From: a virus
Taxonomy: Duplodnaviria > Heunggongvirae > Uroviricota > Caudoviricetes
IMG/VR virus record: IMGVR_UViG_2778261227_000006
Length of the DNA stretch: 16,208 nucleotides
Direction: 5' to 3' (one strand)
Part shown: piece after piece, positions 12,327-16,208 of the stretch
Position numbering within the stretch: the stretch's first letter is position 1
Layout: each line of letters starts with the position of its first letter
Notes under the pieces: model-generated
What the model was told of the DNA's origin: nothing
Databases searched by the model: none
The model's input: only the letters and a program-made list of their open reading frames with translations
Position numbers and translations under genes: made by a program

Positions 12327-12497
12327 ATGTCAGAACGTAAAAACTCAAAATCACGCCGTAATTATCTCGTTAAATGTTCCTGCCCAAACTGCACCCAAGA
12401 GTCAGAACACAGTTTTTCAAGAGTACAAAAAGGTGCCCTTTTGATCTGCCCTCATTGCAACAAAGTATTCCAGACAAATCTTAAAGATGTAGCCTGA
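12327..12497 (+). CDS. Small zinc-ribbon-like protein (56 aa), antisense to the late operon
   Basis: ATG 12327 preceded by AGGA SD (ACAGGAAAAGCCTATG); MSERKNSKSRRNYLVKCSCPNCTQESEHSFSRVQKGALLICPHCNKVFQTNLKDVA with two CxxC pairs 20 residues apart; TGA at 12495-12497; hairpin/terminator about 60 nt downstream. Confidence 0.5.
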   Translation: MSERKNSKSRRNYLVKCSCPNCTQESEHSFSRVQKGALLICPHCNKVFQTNLKDVA

Positions 12498-12556
12498 TTG
12501 ATTTTATTAGTAACAAGTATTTTTTATATTTTAATAATATATTTAAAGCAGATAAT

Positions 12557-12580
12557 AAAAAACCCGCCTGAGCGGGTTTG
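12557..12580 (-). terminator. Rho-independent terminator (strongest on the minus strand; possibly bidirectional)
   Basis: Stem AAACCCGC/GCGGGTTT (12560-12567 / 12572-12579), loop CTGA; on the minus strand the hairpin is followed by UUUUUU-AUUAU. Confidence 0.6.
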
Positions 12581-12860
12581 AGATTGTGGTGCTTTTTGTG
12601 GGAGTCATCCACTTACGCACTTTGTTTTGCCATGCCAGCAGTTAGCTTCTGCTGTAAAACTATTCATGCAGCAAACCTGCACTTCACCACAATGGTTAGC
12701 ATACTTTTCCTGATTAAGATTTTGCCAAATATGCTAGCCATTGTTTCATGTATTGGACCTCCTTACTTTTTATTAAAGAGATCCAATATTCACTACTCTG
12801 TCCGTATCTCTACTCAGGCATCAGCCTTCTTCGTTATCGTATACAGACGAGCGATGAATT

Positions 12861-13076
12861 TTAATCAGTAATGATGACATTTGCTGCTGCAGGACCTTTA
12901 GCACCACTCTCTATAGAGAAGGTAACCTTTTGACCTTCAAATAAGGTTCGATAATTATCATTCTGAATCGCAGAAAAATGCACAAACACATCTTTACTAC
13001 CATCAACAGGAGAAATAAAGCCGAAACCTTTATCAGCGTTAAACCATTTTACTAAACCAGTCATTTTATTTGACAT
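12861..13076 (-). CDS. cspB: Cold-shock protein, CspA family (71 aa, CspB-like)
   Basis: [71 protein letters not shown]; ATG at 13076..13074; TAA at 12861-12863. Confidence 0.9.
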   Translation of the reverse strand: MSNKMTGLVKWFNADKGFGFISPVDGSKDVFVHFSAIQNDNYRTLFEGQKVTFSIESGAKGPAAANVIITD

Positions 13077-13376
13077 TCTACATTCCTTAACTTGAGCCTT
13101 TCGGCATAAATGGTTTGCATAACAGAAACGACTTCGTACTTAATTGGAGAGACTCAAAGAAGGAATAAGTGAATAACACCTGAAATGAGAACTGCTTTAG
13201 TAAACTACTTCGTATATCGTCTGTTCTTCAAACCGACGCAATCATTAACGCATAGTTGAACATATGAAGCAATGTTTATTTTAGACATCCAGCCATCTTC
13301 AACCCCATCAAAAAACTATAGCTTTCTTCAGGAACGTGTGTATAGTGCGCCAAGTTATCAGTATTAAGGAATTTTT

Positions 13377-13589
13377 TTGTCCCGTAAAATGACAGGAATT
13401 GTCAAAACCTTTGACGGCAAAAGCGGCAAGGGTCTTATCACCCCATCCGATGGTCGTATCGATGTCCAGCTTCATGTCTCAGCGCTCAATCTCCGCGATG
13501 CAGAAGAAATTACCACCGGATTACGCGTGGAATTTTGCCGGATAAATGGTCTGCGTGGCCCTTCAGCTGCCAATGTTTACCTTTCATGA
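13377..13589 (+). CDS. cspF: Cold-shock-domain protein (70 aa, CspF/CspH-like), TTG start
   Basis: (M)[69 protein letters not shown]; AAGGA SD at 13366-13370 sits 6 nt before TTG 13377; divergent from cspB. Confidence 0.85.
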
Positions 13590-13643
13590 GCTATATTAAA
13601 GCTTTAATTTCAGGCCCCATCGGATCACACATGGAGAGTTTTT

Positions 13644-13733
13644 ATGAATAACCCCGTCTGTCTTGATGACTGGTTGATTGGCTTTAAAAGCTTATGCTGT
13701 ACTTTGGCCGTAATAGCTCTGCTAATAATATAA
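13644..13733 (+). CDS. Candidate 29-aa hydrophobic mini-protein downstream of cspF
   Basis: GGAGAG SD (13633-13638), 5-nt spacer, ATG 13644; [29 protein letters not shown] then TAA (13731-13733); single predicted TM helix; terminator hairpin follows at 13882. Confidence 0.35.
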
Positions 13734-13881
13734 TAAGCAGACTCATTGTGTTTAGGGACATTGTACTGGAAGAAAACATTTTAAACATCAGGCAAATAAC
13801 CAAGTCACCAGCTAAATAATAAGTTAACAGACATGAGTCCCGGGATGAGATTCAACATTACCATTGCCCCATTTAAAGCAC

Positions 13882-13917
13882 AAAACCCGCTCATCAGCGG
13901 GTTTTCTACTTTTTCTT
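13882..13917 (+). terminator. Rho-independent terminator (plus strand, cspF transcript); possible tR'-like hairpin on minus
   Basis: Stem AAAACCCGC/GCGGGTTTT (13882-13890 / 13897-13905), loop TCATCA, then CTACTTTTTCTT on plus; on minus the same hairpin is followed by UUUUGUGCUUU. Confidence 0.55.
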
Positions 13918-13950
13918 AACGTCGGGTATACAAAGCCCATCGTTGAAAAA

Positions 13951-13978
13951 ATTTTATCCATATTTTTTGAAAAATGCA
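13951..13978 (-). promoter_or_regulatory. Candidate late promoter (pR'-like) just downstream of Q
   Basis: Minus strand TTGCAT (-35; plus 13973-13978), 16-nt spacer, TAAAAT (-10; plus 13951-13956), about 30 nt after the Q stop codon and about 45 nt before the hairpin. Confidence 0.4.
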
Positions 13979-14010
13979 AACATCATGTCGCCATCTTCAG
14001 CAAAAATCAT

Positions 14011-14763
14011 TTATCTCGTCACCTTCCTCAATTGCGCTTCCGCGTATGCTTCTTCCTGCCAGCACTTTGTTACCAGTTTACCAATGACGTCCGCATACCC
14101 CTTATACCACTGATAATCGGTCAGGTCTGGTACCAGCTTCTGGACATGACGTCGTGCCAGCGTGGTCGGTAAACGACTAAACCGGTTTCCATTACAACGC
14201 CCACAAATCTTATATACCGGTACGCCATGAAACCGGGTTCTTTTTTCATCCAGAACAATCCCTTTACCCTTACACCCTCTGCACGCTGTGCTGGCTTCGC
14301 CCTTACCATGGCAATGCTGACATAGTTCCTTCACCCATTCTTCCTTGATTACAGATTCCCCGCGTCTGTAGTGTTTCACCACTTCGCGCAATACATTATA
14401 AAATCCCGTACCTGAACAATGCTCACAGCGAGCCTTACTTGCCGCAGACCTGGAGTAATCAGCAAAGGCAAAACTCACGAGGTAAGGAATAATCTGTAAC
14501 CGGATTTCTTCACTCAATTTGTTCAATGTCGGGTTATCCAGTGCCATCGCGTAATTTAGCAGGCCTTCAATCGCAAACTGAGGGTCCTGAACACCAACTT
14601 TTGCCAGAAATAAGGCCAACCCAAGTGGTGCTTTCGACTGCACCATCCCCTGCGCTGCCATTACATCCGTAATTGTTAAACAACCGGTGCCTGTCGCTGG
14701 AGCGTCATCGCTCAATTTTGGAGATTTTGGGGAGTAATATTTTGGTAAGGCTTCAAGGTTCAT
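14011..14763 (-). CDS. quuQ: Late-gene antiterminator Q (250 aa, Qin/phage-21-type)
   Basis: MNLEALPKYYSPKSPKLSDDAPATGTGCLTITDVMAAQG... with C-terminal Cys/His cluster (CEHCSGTG, CQHCHGKG, CRGCKGKG, CGRCNGN); ATG at 14763..14761; track start at 14793 rejected. Confidence 0.85.
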   Translation of the reverse strand: MNLEALPKYYSPKSPKLSDDAPATGTGCLTITDVMAAQGMVQSKAPLGLALFLAKVGVQDPQFAIEGLLNYAMALDNPTLNKLSEEIRLQIIPYLVSFAFADYSRSAASKARCEHCSGTGFYNVLREVVKHYRRGESVIKEEWVKELCQHCHGKGEASTACRGCKGKGIVLDEKRTRFHGVPVYKICGRCNGNRFSRLPTTLARRHVQKLVPDLTDYQWYKGYADVIGKLVTKCWQEEAYAEAQLRKVTR

Positions 14764-14776
14764 GCTCGTTCTCCAC

Positions 14777-15826
14777 TTACGCCAGTACGCCAATTGCCAG
14801 CGCGCGATCGATAAAACGAAATATCAGCTCCAGTTGGGAGCCATACTTATCTTCAAATGCCACTGTATCCGTATGCAGCTCGTTGTGATGCTTTCTGCAC
14901 AAAGGCAACACAAAGAGATCATGTGCTTTTGTTCCCATTCCGCCCTGCCCGTGACCAATCAGATGATGCGGATCGTCGGCTGGCATACCGCAGCAAGCAC
15001 ACGGCTGTGTCTTAACCCAACGTGTGTATTTCTCCTTAACCCAGCGGCGACGTTTAGGCAGCTTCATGAAAGATTCCGGAGACTCTGGATCAACGGTGAT
15101 GCTTACCACCGTCTTTTCCTGTGGTGATTTTTGTTGCTGGTGGGCGTAAGGCAACGGTGCAAGATTTTTTGTGCGTTGTTTCAATATGCTGGTGGCGGTC
15201 TGCTCTCCCGGTACGATGTCGCTTTCGCGGTACACCGAGCAGATTTTTTCCGCTGGTAATCCCAGCGAACGACGCGATACAGCCTCAGGTAGTGCATCCA
15301 CCACCTGATTGCAGACCGCCCACCAGGATAATTCAGCCAAAGATAATTCCCGCTCCTGCGTACCGCTTATTGCGTGACGGATGACGTCAATCACCCATGC
15401 TGTCAGATTTTGTTGAGCAAGCAGCTCCAGTGATTCCGATGTCTGGTCACGCAGTTGGTTGTCGCAGTGCCAGCACAACACCATTGCGCCGGTACCATAA
15501 CGGTGAATGACTGTTTCAGTGTGATGGTAATCGCCATTAGGCCACTGGCAGGATGTAACATGACGTAATAGCCAGTCGGACAATGCGCCAACGCCGCCAG
15601 CAGCACGAATCACCCGTTCGTTACTAAAAAACGGCAGCAATGTTTTGTCTTCCGCCAGCGGCTGGCGAACGGCAGGAACGACTCCGGATGGCAGATTACG
15701 CATGCTTTTTGGTTCCGGTTCCACCAGCACTCGAGGATTATGAAATATCTGTATGGATTCACGGCCCGGCTTAAGGACCACCAGCCCAAGCTCAGGCACC
15801 AGAACAGGTCTAAGTAATACCCGCAC
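14777..15826 (-). CDS. ydfU: DUF968-type protein with HNH-like Cys/His motif (YdfU-like, 349 aa, GTG start)
   Basis: GTG at 15826..15824 preceded by GGAGGT SD gives 349 aa; C-terminal motif CACCGMPADDPHHLIGHG...LCRKHHNELH; stop 13 nt upstream of the Q start. Confidence 0.75.
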   Translation of the reverse strand: MRVLLRPVLVPELGLVVLKPGRESIQIFHNPRVLVEPEPKSMRNLPSGVVPAVRQPLAEDKTLLPFFSNERVIRAAGGVGALSDWLLRHVTSCQWPNGDYHHTETVIHRYGTGAMVLCWHCDNQLRDQTSESLELLAQQNLTAWVIDVIRHAISGTQERELSLAELSWWAVCNQVVDALPEAVSRRSLGLPAEKICSVYRESDIVPGEQTATSILKQRTKNLAPLPYAHQQQKSPQEKTVVSITVDPESPESFMKLPKRRRWVKEKYTRWVKTQPCACCGMPADDPHHLIGHGQGGMGTKAHDLFVLPLCRKHHNELHTDTVAFEDKYGSQLELIFRFIDRALAIGVLA

Positions 15827-15827
15827 G

Positions 15828-16208
15828 TTACCTCCAGATCCGTTGCTGGAAAGTGCGGGACGCACGTGGTGGGCGTTCGGAATAAGGCAGCCTGACAGAG
15901 ATTATCCAGTGCCGATAGTCGAGACTGAGAGCTTTCTTAACCTCGAACCCGCGCCTGCGGTAAGAATGAATCAGCCATTCGGCCTGTTCTGCAGTGCATG
16001 GAGGGTGCTGGAACCATTCAGACTTGAATGCGTGAGAATACCGCCCGTGCGTGCAGGCAAGAACGGGCGAATTATCAGAATTGTAATATTTTGCGTTGCG
16101 TGCCATCGGTTTTCTCCGGTGGCACGGTGTTTGAACCGCCCCGGGTTTCCTGGAGAGTGTTTTATCTGTGAACTCAGGCTGCCAGATCATCGTTTCCGAT
16201 GGAAGCAT
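15828..16208 (-). CDS. Hypothetical protein upstream of ydfU (start uncertain: ATG at 16106 gives 92 aa; frame stays open to the window edge)
   Basis: Open frame ending TAA at 15828-15830, 1 nt before the ydfU start; candidate start MARNAKYYNSDNSPVLACTHGRYSHAFKSEWF... with GGAG about 7 nt upstream; not recognised. Confidence 0.4.
   Translation of the reverse strand: MLPSETMIWQPEFTDKTLSRKPGAVQTPCHRRKPMARNAKYYNSDNSPVLACTHGRYSHAFKSEWFQHPPCTAEQAEWLIHSYRRRGFEVKKALSLDYRHWIISVRLPYSERPPRASRTFQQRIWR

Noticed and set aside
12578-12871. 97-aa hydrophobic plus-strand ORF between the terminator and cspB
   Set aside because: Starts inside the terminator hairpin, has no SD at either candidate start, is antisense to the cspB 3' region and its composition reflects AT-rich DNA; likely spurious.
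13631-13651. 6-codon ORF ATGGAGAGTTTTTATGAATAA overlapping the SD of the 29-aa ORF
   Set aside because: Too short and lacks its own SD; the GGAGAG within it more plausibly serves as the SD for the ATG at 13644.
12108-14010. Possible toxin genes or tRNA genes in the Q-S interval
   Set aside because: Lambdoid phages often carry such cargo here, but the ORFs present are csp genes and small ORFs, and I saw no cloverleaf-capable tRNA-like sequence; cannot be excluded without tRNAscan.
14762-15384. Plus-strand ORFs 14762-15127 and 15121-15384 opposite the DUF968 gene
   Set aside because: Antisense within a well-supported CDS; no SD; not conserved-looking.

Overview
This window is the late region of a lambdoid prophage, read almost entirely on the minus strand; nearly all of it is recognisable, so I see no clearly undescribed system, only several small accessory cassettes that deserve a second look. 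All homology statements are from memory of phage lambda and E. coli K-12 prophage proteins; no searches were run. (1) 1-7887: a lambda-type head and packaging module (Z partial, FII, FI, E, D, C with nested Nu3, B, W, A, Nu1), with proteins near-identical to lambda. (2) 7888-8110: the cos site, with the lambda cohesive-end sequence at 8065-8076 and three R-element repeats (cosB). (3) 8110-10550: a visibly AT-rich accessory island holding an RHH-like small protein plus a DUF1398 protein on the plus strand, and gnsB, a ynfN-like ORF and cspI on the minus strand. (4) 10552-12107: a phage-21/Qin-type lysis cassette (dual-start pinholin, DUF1327 protein, SAR endolysin, Rz with embedded Rz1). (5) 12108-14010: the Q-S cargo interval carrying cspB, cspF and small unannotated ORFs, with a candidate late promoter. 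(6) 14011-16208: a Q antiterminator, a DUF968 protein with an HNH-like motif, and an ORF running to the window edge. Gene order right of cos matches what I recall of the K-12 Qin prophage, but here terminase and head genes are intact. No tRNA, CRISPR array, IS element, integrase or toxin cargo was recognised. The most interesting candidates are the ynfO-ydfO pair beside cos, a zinc-ribbon mini-protein antisense to the late operon, and short SD-preceded peptide ORFs flanking the csp genes.
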